A stretch of 64,000 nt of DNA from Octopus sinensis (GCF_006345805.1 NC_043004.1:44082001-44146000), one strand, 5' to 3'; shown: positions 1 through 14,153, counted from the first letter of the stretch. Notes: generated by a model not told the origin, from the sequence alone. Translations and numbers: made by a program.

Positions 1-19
1 TCCTAAACTTAAACGATTG

Positions 20-360
20 GAACAGGTAGAGTTTACTCTATTTCAGAGAGAATATGCATAGAACGTGTCACGTCGCTCTCGGATTTCGGAATTTTCCGTT
101 CAAAATTTTCGATAACAGATGAATGAGAAGATAAGGACTCCTTTCTTAGATTTCGTGGCCGTCAGATTTTAGTCTTCGATTTTTCTTTTATATAGGTATT
201 TAAAGAACAAATTAAATTTAACTAACCGTCGAATAGCTTGCAGTCTAAGATTAGGAATATTATTAAAGTTGTAACTTGAAATTATAACGTCAGAACTACC
301 TCAAATTTTGTATACGAAATGGCAGTTTATGTGCTGCAGGAAAACATCTCAAGAATAATA
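20..360 (+). mobile_element. Highly decayed Tc1/mariner (DD37D-like) transposase C-terminal remnant
   Basis: tggccgtcagattttagtcttcgattttt...ggtatttaaagaa (156-208) resembles the WPPRSPDL.PLDFFLWGYLK motif, preceded by an F.N.W..R-like stretch. Frame is broken. Confidence 0.4.
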
Positions 361-1355
361 CTTAAAAAAAATAGATATATCTTTCGTTTAACCTGTTCTT
401 ACATTAATTATACAATATGACTTCTTCAAATATACGAATTTGATATAATTCAAATTATTTTTAATTACACAATATGGATGTGAGATTATGTATGTGTGTG
501 AGAATGTGTGAATGTGTGTAAGTGAAAATATTCGGTCTGGGCCTTCCCAAACCGAACATTCTCGATTTTGGTGTAGCTGCTGTTTGAATTATTTATTGGT
601 TGAAACACATAATTACATTTTTTTCAATAGCATCGTCGTTCATCGTGTGATACTCAACCAGGCTCCTTGCGCAGTACTTTCAATGTAGAAGGCACGTCCT
701 TCGAAGTTCAGACGTATTGTGTAGTTCTGTCTTCATTTGTCACACTAAATATTTTCGTACTAAATATATAGAAAATATGTCAGGCAAACAGAAGAATGTG
801 ACTCTCATTTCACCGGGCGCTCTATATACGTCTTACAGGGAAATATCTATGCGTATGTGCGATAATTATCATTTCTAAAAGTTATCAAAGTTACCTAAGT
901 TATGATATTTGGAAAAAGGATTTTAAAAATAATTGCGCAGTAATTACACGATTTATCAGTTTTGAACATCACGTTCACTTTTAAATATGATTTTCTTTAG
1001 TGGTCGGAATAAATTTTGAGAAAGTTTGTCTCCTGCAATATCTGCAGGCAATTCATGAGTGTTATTAATCATTTTGTTCTTTGGTGCTCTATACACACAT
1101 ACATCGTACATATAAATATAAAATGTAATATTATAACAAATATCATACTAAAATGGTTTCAGATGAAAACTTCTACCACAACTGTGATAATGTATCTAAG
1201 AAAGATTAAGATAACACCATATATTTCACATTCAGTCCTACAATGAAGGAAGCAGACCTCTTTTTACTTATATGATACCTTTATGATACCTCTGTATTTG
1301 CACGCACCCCCAAAATATGTATACATATGAGTTTGCGTGTGTACGCAACGTGTAC

Positions 1356-1356
<1 letters not shown>

Positions 1357-1416
<60 letters not shown>

Positions 1417-1425
1417 TGTGTGTGT
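1357..1425. repeat. (TG)n microsatellite
   Basis: Directly visible. Confidence 0.97.
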
Positions 1426-1829
1426 ATGAGTGACTGGACAAACGACGAAATGGGGTACAATCGATTTATTAGAAGTTACTTGTATTATTCAAAGCAGCTT
1501 GATTAGTAATCTATGCTACTTCAAGTTTCGAGAGCCCTAATAGAGTCATTCTAGTCAGGCTGGTAATATTCGGAATGATTGGAGAGGTACAGGGAATTCA
1601 AGATGGCTACAAGTAAAGGGGCTACAATTGGTCAAGAGAGGTCACTTGATATACAATGGTAATATTACTAAATAAGTGACAGTGGCGCGTGTTTAGAGAG
1701 GGAACTAGTGGCGAAAATACGTTGGGGTAGGGGATTAAGTAGGGCTTGTCAGCTTATAATCTTACACACACGAACACACATATACAATTGCGTTCACGCA
1801 CAGACAAACATACACACACACACACACAC

Positions 1830-1883
<54 letters not shown>

Positions 1884-2679
1884 CCCATATAACTGCTGTC
1901 GCTTACTTAGCAGTATTATCAACTGTGGCATCCTGTGATCTTCTTGACCAATTCATCCGATGGGTAATTTTGTGTTTGCTTCCACGGATGGCAGTATAAT
2001 TTTGAGTGTATATTAGTAACAGTTATAAAGATATAGAAGAGAGAGACTTGCTCATCTTCAAGATTTATTTCTTCATATTTTATAATTTGATACAGCAAAT
2101 TTTTATAGTTGTTACGAATTACACATGTTTCCACTGCGCAAAGTACGGGCGGCTGCAGGTGCAACTTCTTCAGAGTCTTCCCATTTACCTAGTTTCAAAG
2201 CGTACTGAATACCGATAGTTATTTGTCAGTTTTTGTTCAGGGATGGTTAGGCAAGGGTTGTTTTGAAGCTGAAATCTTGTCTGTTTGTGGGCTTATGTGG
2301 GGGATACCGGTGTAACACTCGTTGCTGTTCGAAGTAAGGATTCTAGCTAACCAGGTGAAAATTGATGTTTTTTTTCTGTCATGCCCCTTTGTGAGTTCTG
2401 AGTTGGGTACCTGACAACCTTATATTCAAGTGTAATGCTTTTAATGAAATGTTTTTAGTTATTCATATATTTATTCCCTGTATTGTTTATGTTTGGTAGT
2501 ATAAAGTGGATTCAATATATACTAGTTTTGTTGTGAAGTGCCATGAACTTTTTAAGTTTAGGATAAGTTCCTCTATCCTTCCTTTCCCACTAAACTTTAT
2601 GTGGAACATTGGGATCTTTCGGTAAATGTCTTAAATGCTTTGGTATGTTTATGCAAGAAACTTATGGCCGTTCAATCCT

Positions 2680-2865
2680 GGTATTAAATAATGTGTGTCT
2701 CAATGTGAATGTTTGGTATATTGCCTCTATACATAGCGCACAACTACGTCCCCCTCCACAATATTGTTTAGCTGTACTGATTAATTTCTACTCCCTGGTA
2801 TAGCTATGGTTGCTATCTTTAATGGACCAGGTTAGTTTGCTTAGTCTCATTTTGAAATTTAGGGA
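2680..2865 (-). mobile_element. Penelope-like element, GIY-YIG C-terminal remnant
   Basis: Minus translation RLSKLTWSIKDSNHSYTRE*KLISTAKQYCGGGRSCALCIEAIYQ...LFNTR matches the PLE pattern LS..IW.LK....W.I...A..Y....C.LC..EK...LN.R. Confidence 0.65.
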
Positions 2866-3131
2866 CCTGCTCTTATATAGAAGTACGTCCTTATGTCAGA
2901 GACTAGGGTCTTCGTCAAACACAGCAGGCAGATCAGATTTCAGTTTCCAAACAACCTCCCTTACCTTCCCAGAACGACTAACGTAGTCAGTTCACTTCGA
3001 AACTAACCAAATTGACAGACCCCCCCAAAGAAGCTTCACAGTAAATCATTTCCGGTTGCAACTGTATGAAATTAAAAATTGAGAGGAAATAAATCTTTTG
3101 GATTAATAGGTCTCCATATTTTATATCGTTA

Positions 3132-4382
3132 CTAGCAGTATCGCCCGGCGTTGCTCGGCTTGTAAGGGAAATAACTATATAAGCATTTTTAGAGAGTTAT
3201 AGCCAAAAAAAAGCAAAAAAATGCATTAAAAATTGAAAAAAAATTAAGGTAAATTTTTCTTTAAATCGTTGACACATCGTAGATATTTTTAGAGAGTTAC
3301 TTCCCTTATATAAAAGCGAAAAAATGCATTAAAATGGAAAAATATGATGGTAATTTTTTTTAAATCGTAGACTCATCGTAGACGCGCGCTAATACCCAGA
3401 AGGGCTCGTTTGTTATTCTGGGTAACTTTGTGTAAAATTATTAAAATTTTGTTCAAACATCGCTATAGAAAATGGGTTATTAGCTAATATTCAATTGGGT
3501 ATACAACAAAATTTTACGATAGAATTTGTTATTCTGGGTAACTTTCTGTAAAATTATTAAAATTTTGTTCAAACACCGCTATAGAAAATGGGTTATTAGC
3601 TAATATTCAATTGGGTATACAACAAAATTTTACGATAGAATTTGTTATTCTGGGTAACCTTCTATAAAATTATTAAAATTTTGTTCAAACATCGCTATAG
3701 AAAATGGGTTATTAGCTAATATTCAATTGGGTATACAACAAAATTTTACGATAGAATTGTTATTCTGGGTAACTTTCTGATACCCATAATATATTTATGG
3801 CAAAATAGGCCTTAATTTCATTTAAGGTTGTGGGAAATAACAAACTATCCTTTCTTTCGGTTTGTTTACGTTTAGCGTAATGATTTCAAATAGGCTCATT
3901 CGAAAAAGTAAATAGAAATAGTCTAAGGCTTTACTCTTCTGGGAAAGTCTGTGGCTTGGTCCAGTTTCTTCAGAAAACTCACCGAAAGAAACAGTTTTTA
4001 AATTTTCACTCCATTCAGGTGCTAATTCGTTTTCTTTATCGCTGTCGGATTCACTGTTTTCACTTTAATAGTTGCAAACTTGCAAAGACAAAGGAGGAGA
4101 AGGGTGATAGCGTCAGTGAAACAATTCGCTCCCTTTGTGTGTGTGTGCGTTTGCGTGTGGTGTAAACCAGACTAAGAAAAGTATTTGACACACACACCAG
4201 AATGTGAGTTTTCTGTAAATTTTGCTTAATTGGAGTTTAAATTTTAAAAACTGGACCTGGCATGACGCGATGCATTGTACTCTTAGAAATGCTAGGTAAA
4301 TTGTAATTGAAGAAATCCTATATTGTAGATTTGTATAACTCCCAAAGGGAGGCAGATAAAATCTGCCTTTTATAATAAGAGA
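3132..4382 (-). mobile_element. Non-autonomous Helitron
   Basis: Minus strand reads A|TCtcttattataaa ... imperfect GC hairpin (ccgagcaacgccggg) ... CTAG|T. This gives a TC start, CTAG end, insertion in an AT dinucleotide and no TSD. Subterminal hairpin ggcagat-aaa-atctgcc at 4351-4367. Confidence 0.8.
3409..3779. repeat. ~116-bp tandem repeat, ~3.2 copies, inside the Helitron
   Basis: Unit start tgttattctgggtaac recurs at 3411, 3527, 3643 and 3758; copies are near-identical. Confidence 0.95.
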
Positions 4383-4519
4383 TAATTATCACATGTATAT
4401 ATATGTAGTCGTTTCGAAATCAGAGGAAGGAGGTCATAGGCAAATTTGAAGATAGAAGTTATTCGTTCCAATTCGTCCGAACTGCAATTATGATGTCATT
4501 CACTAGTCCTGTTTTCTCT

Positions 4520-4940
4520 GCTCTAATGCATTCCGTATTCACATGGAACCCTTATCCTTTGCACTTCATGTAGAATCAGATCTCTTTTCATCGTTCCCCT
4601 GGCCTCTGACTACCATTCCACTGTTGTTATACCCAGTCCCTGCCTACTAGCCTCAGTGCATTCCGTTATTTCTCTGATAGTAAGATTTTCTTTTGCTGCA
4701 TCCGCTCAACGACAGACTTGAGCGGTAGAGTGAAACATTAGTACGACTTGGTGGGACACGACGCTACTTCCTTGTGTCATTGTTGATATTGAACTCCATA
4801 TCCTCCACTGTGTTAGCGCTGATACCGTGGATCAACAGGGGCTAGAGAAGCTTTGAGATTAACATAAACTGTAAACACCAAAGCCTGTAGTTGGCGGTGA
4901 AGCTACACCGGTCTATGACCTGAAGACAGTCTCCCACTGT
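4520..4940 (-). mobile_element. HERO-type (R2 superfamily) non-LTR retrotransposon remnant, internally deleted
   Basis: Minus translation LQVIDRCSFTANYRLWCLQFMLISKLL*PLLIHGISANTVEDMEFNINNDTRK*RRVPP..NVSLY, then AKENLTIREI...SRQGLG..VEW*SEARGTMKRDLILHEVQ. These fit post-RT HERO motifs (KVWCLQF.LIPRLLWPL; GR.GLG...W). Confidence 0.7.
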
Positions 4941-5021
4941 TTGTGTACATTCACACGTACGCACGCACACACACACAATCATACACACACACACACACAC
5001 GCACGCACATGCATACACATA

Positions 5022-5074
<53 letters not shown>

Positions 5075-6494
5075 GTATGTATGTATGTATACGCTCAGGG
5101 GAAATTATGGAGAGAGGAAATTAAATATTACAGAGTGTTGTTAACTTCTGATAATTCGCATCAGTTCTGAAAGTTAGTTGTAATTGCAAACTGAAAATTG
5201 AAAGCAAAAAAGTTAAAAGAAATTTCAAATAAATTTCAATATGTGATGTGCACAAAAGTCGTGTTTTTGTTGTACTTCCTTGTTATGTGTTTTATCACGC
5301 ATTATCTCTTGTTTGGCTTATCTTCTTTTCGCATTAATACTAGAGTAAACAATAAATTGTATTGCGTTGCACATTCTGATGTCAAACGTTCTAACATATT
5401 TCAATTAAGATTTAGTTTAATTAGTACATTGCGCTAGTCACATGTTTATGAAATAACTCCTCTAATACAAATATAAAATAAAGTTCGCTTTAAATTTCTT
5501 TTCAAGACAAGCATCGAAAGTAATATTCAACCATTATAAAAGCAAAATGCATTTGATAATAAAATTTTCGTTCTTGATGTTAAATTTGCAAAGTAGAAAT
5601 TAAAAAAATATATATCCATAGCTATAAAAGGCATATGTTTCCAGACAAAATCTAATATTCTTGTTAAATAATGTAAATGATGGAGTATTAAATGCCAGTC
5701 ATCCCACTAAAAATATTAATAAAATTAAAATATAAATTTTAAAATGTATTGTGTGTTGTCATGATCGAAAATAAATCACTCAAAATTATCTTTGGAGACT
5801 TTCAGCTCTATGTTTCCTGATGATATCGTTGTTGTTTTATGCAATATGCTGTCAAGTCATACTGCCATTTATTTTATATTAACATGGAAAATTAGTTCTG
5901 GACTAATATCTAACTAATATACTTCACTCTGTTTCGAATACACATTTATAGTTTAGAGTTTTTAACATAGGCATCTTTAATGTCTTCTAGTGCTGATAGT
6001 GGAACAGAATTTGAAAATATCGGAAAAGGACGTTGCATTGTGTAATACGTGGAACTATTAACTTTATTACAGAACATTATTCAAGGTTGTAATTAGTCTT
6101 TGAGAACAGTTGAAATTAGCCTTCATAAGTTTTTGTTGTTTTTTTTTTCATTTTCTTACTCCCTAAGGATTCTAGGTTTATCATTAATCCTATCTGCTTA
6201 TAAGGTATTTAGTATGTTTAATTTTCAATGACCTGTACAATATGGAGCAAAACGTCGTAATTATAGAGCCGACCATGAGGCATCTACATGTTCACTACTC
6301 TTGCTAACAACAGTAACAAAGTATCATTAATATAGAACAGTTCCAGACAATATAAGATATGAAAAGTATTCCTTAAAGCATGAGTCATACATAATAAATG
6401 ATATGACACGAGAGCAGAAAAATAAAATCGTATTTTAATTGTCAAATCTACGGTTGTCTGATTCTATACCTTTAGAAGAATCCTGGAATGTGTG

Positions 6495-6633
6495 TAGGCG
6501 TGGCTAGTGTTAAGAAGCTTGCTTCCCAAACACGTGGTACTTTAGGCAAGTGCCTTCTGTTATAGCCTCACACCAACCAAGTCCGTTTCAGTAATATGTC
6601 TGTGTGTGTGTGTGTGAGTGTGTGTGTGTGTGA

Positions 6634-6682
<49 letters not shown>

Positions 6683-6778
6683 GGTGTATCTGTTTGTCCC
6701 TCCACCATCACTTGACAACCGATGCTGGTGTGCTTATGTCCCCGTACCTTAGCTGTTCGGCAAAACAGACCGATCATA
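6495..6778 (+). mobile_element. Octopus OK-type tRNA-derived SINE, B-box deleted, 3' truncated
   Basis: Head ggcgtggct..taagaagcttgcttcccaa, internal (TG)n, body gcttgacaaccgatgctggtgtg...; aligns to the fuller copy at 11470-11873. Confidence 0.85.
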
Positions 6779-7407
6779 AACATTAATCATGGTGTTTAAC
6801 GCAAAATTCCTCGGGTTAAATTTTGTGTGTGGCCTCATGCTCCGTAGTAAACATAATGACCAAAACATTTCGTCATTACAGGGTTGTACGTCTGAGAATG
6901 AATAATATTCAAATGGGTACGGATCGTTCACAAGACTATTGTCTATGTAATTCTTTAGCATGAATATCTTCAAAGTACGGTATTTTGACTTTAAATTCTG
7001 TGCTTACATTCAACGACAACAACTGGAAGACTTGATCGATCATTGGATAAAGAGACGTCGTATTTATAAACCAGCATTTTTTCTTCATGTTTCAAGGTCT
7101 TCCTAGTAAGCTTAGCTTTTCATTATTTGGGAATCGAAACGATATTCACCTACAGAAGTTTAATTAATATCCATTTCTTTTTTCAAGTCGATGTGATTAG
7201 AACATATATCAGCAAACAATATAACAAAACGTTCAAGGATATTAAGGACAAATATTAACCAATTACTTCAATGCTAATGCAAATACTCCATCCTCCTGGA
7301 ATGGGCATGTAGCTACGATGTATGTATAATGTTTGTATGCAAAGACAGACAGATTGATGGATATGCATATGCATGGGTGTGTGTGTGTCTGCATTTTATA
7401 TATTTTG

Positions 7408-7649
7408 TCTTTTCATTGTTTCAGGTATTTAACCGCAGATATAATGGAAGACTACCTTGAATAATTTTCAGTCGAACAAAATCGAACCCAAGCCTTCTTT
7501 TTAAGCCTAGTACTTATTCTATCGGTGTGTTTTGCCGAACAGCTAAGGTATGGGATATAGACACAGCACCATTGGTTGTCAAGTGATGGTGGAGGGACAA
7601 ATACAGATACACAAACACACACACACACACACACATACACACACACACA

Positions 7650-7686
<37 letters not shown>

Positions 7687-7816
7687 CAAATCCGTTTCAG
7701 TTTCTGTCTACCAGATCCACTGACAAAGCTTTGGTCGGTCTTAGGCTATAGCAGAAGGCACTTGCCTAAAGTACCACGTGTTTGGGAAGCAAGCTTCTTA
7801 CCACTAGCCACGCCTA
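7408..7816 (-). mobile_element. OK-type SINE, B-box deleted
   Basis: Reverse complement aligns to the 11470 copy from head to gaaacaa tail. Confidence 0.88.
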
Positions 7817-8145
7817 CACAGACATAAACACACACACACACATACACACACACATATATATAGGTTAAGATATATCCCAGCTGCCTCCCCTTGGAGCAAA
7901 TTTGTTTATTCCAATGCTACAATCGGTACGTATCGATAGCCGGTGCAGCTTGTGAGTCAAAATACATATCAAAATTGGGAATTATGGAAAAAGTGTGTGT
8001 GCGTAATCAGGGAATATATGCTAATATATTTATTTGAATGCATCTATATGTACAATCGTCTCCGCTTCTCCAACTTGGCTGTTGATGACATCCCTGATTA
8101 ATATCCAAATAGAAACTTTAAATTGAATCCTGATTCCTGTATCTT

Positions 8146-8158
8146 ATCTATCTATCTA

Positions 8159-8215
<57 letters not shown>

Positions 8216-8216
8216 G

Positions 8217-8261
<45 letters not shown>

Positions 8262-8334
8262 ATATATCTATATATATATTATATATATATATATATATAT
8301 AATATATATATATATATATAATAATATATATATA
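8146..8334. repeat. (TATC)n/(TA)n compound microsatellite
   Basis: Directly visible. Confidence 0.95.
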
Positions 8335-8491
8335 CGTTTTATTTAATTTTGCACATTACTAATCATCGGTATATTATTTTCATCTAATATTTAATATTTC
8401 TATTATACGTAATTTTCTAGATGGTGTAATTTAATTTTTCGTTTTGAATTGATGTGTATATATATATATATGATCCTTAAATCCTGAAACA

Positions 8492-8975
8492 TATTTCAGC
8501 CCGAATGCTGCGGCCATGGTGGGGCACCACCGTTGACTAGTATGTGAAACCACCTCTGATACATAGCATTTGGTCAAGAAGGGTGTTCGACACCGCTGCC
8601 CGCATCTGTGTTTCCTGCCGAGAGGTAGGTTCATCTGGAACCCCTGACAAGAAGAGATCTAGTTAATATTTAAAGAAACCCACATGTACACCATACAGGT
8701 CCCTCAGGCATTTAGGAAGGATATTGAAGTGCTGTAGTCCCCTGAAACCCAAGCTGTTGCAGTATCTGGTCCTGTATTTTGATACTGATGTTGGGATCTT
8801 TGGCACCATGCAGTGGTGCCCCATTCTGCTGTTGGGGTAACTTTCAATGTCAAAATTTCGGACAAGGTCTTTCAGGAATTTCTAGATGTATATAACTACA
8901 TATCTCTCCTGCCTTCGCTCCAGGGAGAAGAGTGTTAATACTTTCAGTCTTTCCCAGTAGCTTATATGTTGCATT
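8492..8975 (-). mobile_element. CR1/L2-group LINE 3' end
   Basis: Minus translation SYWERLKVLTLFSLERRQERYVVIYI..., FFKY.LDLFLSGVPDEP; 3' tail ggtggtgccccaccatggccgcagc...gctgaaa. Confidence 0.8.
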
Positions 8976-9724
8976 CACACGTTCTCCTTTGTGTAGCTTA
9001 TATATGTATATACATATATATATATGTGTGTGTATGTGTGTGTGTGTGTGTGCGTCTGTATGTATATGTATATGTATGGGTGCATGTGCATTTTTGCGTA
9101 TTACAGGCCTTCCTGTGGTTGAAATATAATCTGAAACCTGTAGTTTATGGTTCAGGCACGGAATGAAGGATACAAATTCTCCCTGTCCGTTCTCTTTCAA
9201 CTTCTCTTTCAACTATCGTTTGTAGAGTATATTAATGTACATATATTAATTTACATATTTGCGATATTAAGTGCCACGTTTACTAACGCATATATTTTGT
9301 AAGCACGCCACAACGAGAATCAGAATCCCTGAAGCAAATGTAAATATCAAATATGTGCTTCTGTCCCTGAAATAAGAATATTCATGCATTCATTGTCAGC
9401 TTTCTCATGCCTTATATGTGCAGAAAAAGAATTCGTGCATTTCCTAGCGAATCATTTCACGGTTTACCGAGCGCTCTTCTCACAAAACTCACAGATTACT
9501 TCCTTAATGCATAGCGTAGGTTATTCCGCCGTTCTGTATGAAGCGGAAATAAATTATGCTTGTGAATAGATTAACGTTTAGGAGGAGTACTTAACTAAAG
9601 GATTTTTACTATTTGCGGTAAGAATTTTTTCGGATGTAACTATCCCATAGTGTCCATATATTTATCAATAAGTATACATATACCACACACACACACACAA
9701 CATATATATATATATATATATATG

Positions 9725-9771
<47 letters not shown>

Positions 9772-9821
9772 CACACACACAACTCACCACACATATATAT
9801 ATGTATATATTATATATATAC

Positions 9822-9855
<34 letters not shown>

Positions 9856-10328
9856 AATATATTAGTAAATAAGACAAGGTAGAAAATGATAAAACAATTT
9901 TATCAGGAATTAGATTTTACTACCATTTTCCGTCTTTCAGACTTTTTCAGCTAAGAGTGAAATAAGAAAGCAGTTAAATTGGAGAAAAACAAAAATTAAG
10001 TGAAATGTTTTCTAGATATTTCCATAGTTTTTATATATGTAAATATTTCGATAGTCTTCAGATAGTCAGTCTTTCATAAGACCTTCCCTCCATCAGAGAT
10101 AACTGCAGCAAAAGGAATAGGTGAAATGCCTACCTATGAACTAACTCTGAAATCTTATGAACTAACTTTGAAATCGGGTCCGATATGGTAATAACAGGAT
10201 TTTTTAGGATATTCTATGAGCTATCTTCGAAATGCGCGCTTGTTAGTGATAAATGACATGGTTACTGACTTTGTCTATTTTCGGCATATTTTGGCTTTAG
10301 AAATTTTTTCTTTTGCCCTTACTTATAA

Positions 10329-10401
<73 letters not shown>

Positions 10402-10743
10402 TATATAAGCAAGCAAAAATTGTACAAAGGCAGAATGCTAAATTGAAAGAAAATGTTTATGAAAAGTGGTGTATGGAAAAATCTTTGAAAAATTGATGAA
10501 ATATATATATATATTAATTCAAACCGGTTTTCGTCATAATGTGACTTTTTGAAGAATTGTAAAGAAAATTGTTTTTTTAAAGTGAGGAGGGGAAAAACAG
10601 AAAATTACATTGTTTTTGCCAAAAAATAATAATAAATATATACAAAAATTAAAAAATAGGTACTCCGATACATTGTAAAGTCTTTGTGTATCTTGAGTTT
10701 AATGATTGTTCACGAAAAAATTACCTTGAAGTATTGAGATCCA

Positions 10744-10786
<43 letters not shown>

Positions 10787-10826
10787 ATATATATACATAC
10801 ATATACGCGAGCACACACACACACAC

Positions 10827-10878
<52 letters not shown>

Positions 10879-11291
10879 GTATGTATATATATGTATATAT
10901 ATTTCCTTACATCATGTATTTCTGTACGTACATGGATAACGATGAATGTATGTGAGTAAACGAATGTCTGATGATAGGATGTATATTATTTGTATATGCA
11001 GTAATGTAGCACGCTGCTCCAGGAAATTAATTTGGATGAGTAATGCAAAACAAGCAGAAACTTTTATCGAGTTCCAAAGTATGAGAAAGATAAAGATTCT
11101 ACTGCGCTTATCAGTCAGAAATTCACTATCTTCTTGAATTTTATTAATTGAAATGATTGGACTACTTTAGTAGTTTACTTTCTTTTGAAATGATTGGCTT
11201 ACTGGTATTACTAGCAAACAGTGGTCCCGGTGTGCGCAGAAGCACAATCGCGCATCTGCGCTAGCTTGTCGATCCTGCAGTGACTACCTAG

Positions 11292-11465
11292 CAAAGTAAA
11301 TAAAGCACAAAATAAATAATTTTTTTACACAAAGTAAATAATTTTTGTTAAACAAAGTAAATAAAACACAAAAACACACAAAGTAAATAATTTTTTAAAC
11401 AAAGTAAATAAAACACAAAAACACACAAAGTAAATAATTTTTTAAACAAAGTAAATAACAAAGTA
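11292..11465. repeat. 47-bp A-rich tandem repeat built from caaagtaaataa sub-units
   Basis: caaagtaaataaaacac at 11353 and 11400; partial units on either side. Confidence 0.85.
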
Positions 11466-11469
11466 TATA

Positions 11470-11873
11470 GACGTAGGAGTGGCTGTGTGATAAGTAGCTT
11501 GCTTACCGACCACATGGTTCAGGGTTCAGTCCCACTACGTGGTACCTTGGGCAAGTGTCTTCTACTATAGTCTCGGACCGACCAAAGCCTTGTGAGTGGA
11601 TTTGGTAGACGGAAACTAAAAGAAGCCCGTCGAATATATGTATATATGTATATATATGTATGTGTGTGTATGTATTTGTGTGTCTGTGTTTGTCCTCCCA
11701 ACATCGCTTGACAACAGATGCTGGTGTGTTTACGTCCCCGTTACTTAGCGGTTCGACAACCGATAGAATAAGTACTAGCCTTACAAAGAATAAGTCCTGG
11801 GGTCGATTTGCTCTACTGAAGGTGGTGCTCCAGCATGTCCACAGTCAAATGGCTGAAACAAGTAAAAAAGAGT
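11470..11873 (+). mobile_element. Full-length OK-type tRNA-derived SINE
   Basis: A-box-like tggctgtgtgat, B-box-like gggttcagtccc, internal TA/TG microsatellite, LINE-like tail ggtggtgctccagcatg..cagtcaaatggctgaaacaagtaaaa. Confidence 0.92.
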
Positions 11874-12368
11874 AATACAGAAAAACACAAAATAATGATC
11901 GACTGCGCGTGTGCGCGCACAGGGACCACTGTTCACTAATAGTACCTGTCTTTGATTTGAATTTTTGCAAATCCACACACGGAATGTTGTTGGAGGTATT
12001 GAGTTCATGCTGATGCAGTCGGATAATGTAGAAACACATCGAGAGCGCTAACGTTGATGTCTAACACACACGAGAGATTACCAACGCGTCAAGAAAAATA
12101 AAATTCTTTCTAAATTTCTTACGATCGTCTCCCTTTGTCTAAGGGAGTTGATAAAAGACAGATGCAGTTATTCGTTTTTCTTTACCAATATTCCATTAAG
12201 AGAGAACTCTTTGTCTTTATCATTCAGTATAGCAGCACCTACTGGCATTAGATACGCAAATGTACCGTCTAAATGTTTGTCGCAACACAATCTAAAGCGA
12301 AACTATTTTGTACATTTGCAGACATAGCTACCGTACTTCCTTTGTTATGTGACGACTATCTCGTGCGT

Positions 12369-12443
<75 letters not shown>

Positions 12444-13035
12444 TATATTTGTAGGATACTATATACATGTGTCTGTATGAAGAGAACAACGTACCTTTTT
12501 CTATCTCACACAAGCGTTGATAGAAATACAGTGACGTTCCTACAATTGCAGGAGGAACTAAAAAATAAAACCACGCCTGAGTACATTGAGTGAATACAAG
12601 AATGAAGAAATAAGTGAATGAATGAGTGAATGAATCGTTGAATGAAACGATAGATTAGCAATAGTTGTCTTTTGTCAAAGTTGAAACTTAATTACCGTTG
12701 TAAAACTGCAAACATTTTAAGCGTGCAAACGTTTAAGATAAGTTGTAAGGTATTTTTATGATTCATTGCTTCTTTGTACTTGGTGATGTTGTTGTTTTTG
12801 TTGTTCGTGTTGTTGTTGTTGTTGTCGATTTACTGTCTATTTTTATCGGTTGCCTTTTGTTTGCTCCGCTGCATTTCCTCTCCTCTTTGCATGTCATCTA
12901 AGCGCACCAGTTACTTTCTCGGCGACAGTCAAAGACAGGGAAACGAAAGGGAGACATCATGTGTATTGATTATTATTGCTTAACCCGTAAATAGACATAC
13001 ATACACACCCATATACACATATAGCATTTCATTTG

Positions 13036-13071
<36 letters not shown>

Positions 13072-13084
13072 ATGTATACATATA

Positions 13085-13115
<31 letters not shown>

Positions 13116-13359
13116 CATACATATATGGAACGTTGCGTAGCTGTTGAATGCAAAGCAAAACAAAGCAGATATAAAAGAAGAACAAAAGCTGATTTGAGTC
13201 TGTATCAGAAACTTCTGACTTTTAATTATTTATTTCTTCATTTGTAATCAAGATAGAATTCCAATCCTATTTAACTCAGCTCCGTATTTGCTCTGTCTTT
13301 TATTGGTTTTTCTCCTATTTTTCTTTACCTCTCGTTTCATCCCTCCTACCCTCCATCCA

Positions 13360-13362
<3 letters not shown>

Positions 13363-13399
<37 letters not shown>

Positions 13400-13451
13400 T
13401 CAATCTCTCTCTCTGGCTCTCTGGCTCTCTCTTTCTTTCCTCTCTCTCTCT
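13363..13451. repeat. (CT)n tract
   Basis: Directly visible. Confidence 0.9.
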
Positions 13452-14032
13452 CGGTTTTATGTTAAGGGCAGCGGCGCTTGGTTAAAATGTTGCTTTTTAT
13501 TTTCTTTATTTCATTAGGCTCTGATTCTTAATTTTTCCTTTCTTAAATTTGCCATTCTTCTAGTTTTGCGAGGGATATAGCATTTTTATGTTGCTTTTTC
13601 TTTTTAGCAATCATGTCCTGGATGACAAATCCATGTTATCTTGAAATTGTAATTTTCGTACTTATTGCTTTATATTTTTAAAAAATTTATTTTGATAAAT
13701 GTATTTCTTTAATTCTTTTCTTTACATTTTAAGTTTTATAGTCACACATACAGCTTTTGTTTGAAGTCATCTCAATAAACATCGCTGCTATGAATATTCA
13801 TACCCAGCTTTTCAAAATAAATATTATGTATTTACTTTAATTATTTATTCGCTCATTTATTTATTCTATTGTTTGATTACACTATTTTCTTTACGCTCAG
13901 CTATTCGTTATTTCACATAATCCTGCATGTTTACCCGCATATAATATATCTGCTTGTGTGCGTGCGTGTGTGGATGTGTGGATGTATGCATGGCTGCGTC
14001 GTTGTATGTCATTGGATATATGTCTGTGTGTG

Positions 14033-14078
<46 letters not shown>

Positions 14079-14144
14079 TATAATCAATCTTTCTTTTTTA
14101 ATTTGCAATAAGTTCGAAAAGTCTGTTTGAATTCAATAATTGGA

Positions 14145-14153
14145 ATAATAATG

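Larger units (their letters stand above)
11219..11931. mobile_element. hAT-like MITE with a nested SINE
   Basis: Imperfect ~32-bp TIRs: cagtggtcccggtgtgcgcagaagcacaatcg / cgactgcgcgtgtgcgcgcacagggaccactg. CAG terminus is hAT-like, but no 8-bp TSD is visible. Confidence 0.6.

Noticed and set aside
3409-3779. Regular repeat as a possible CRISPR array
   Set aside because: Head-to-tail 116-bp units with no unique spacers, eukaryotic context and no cas genes
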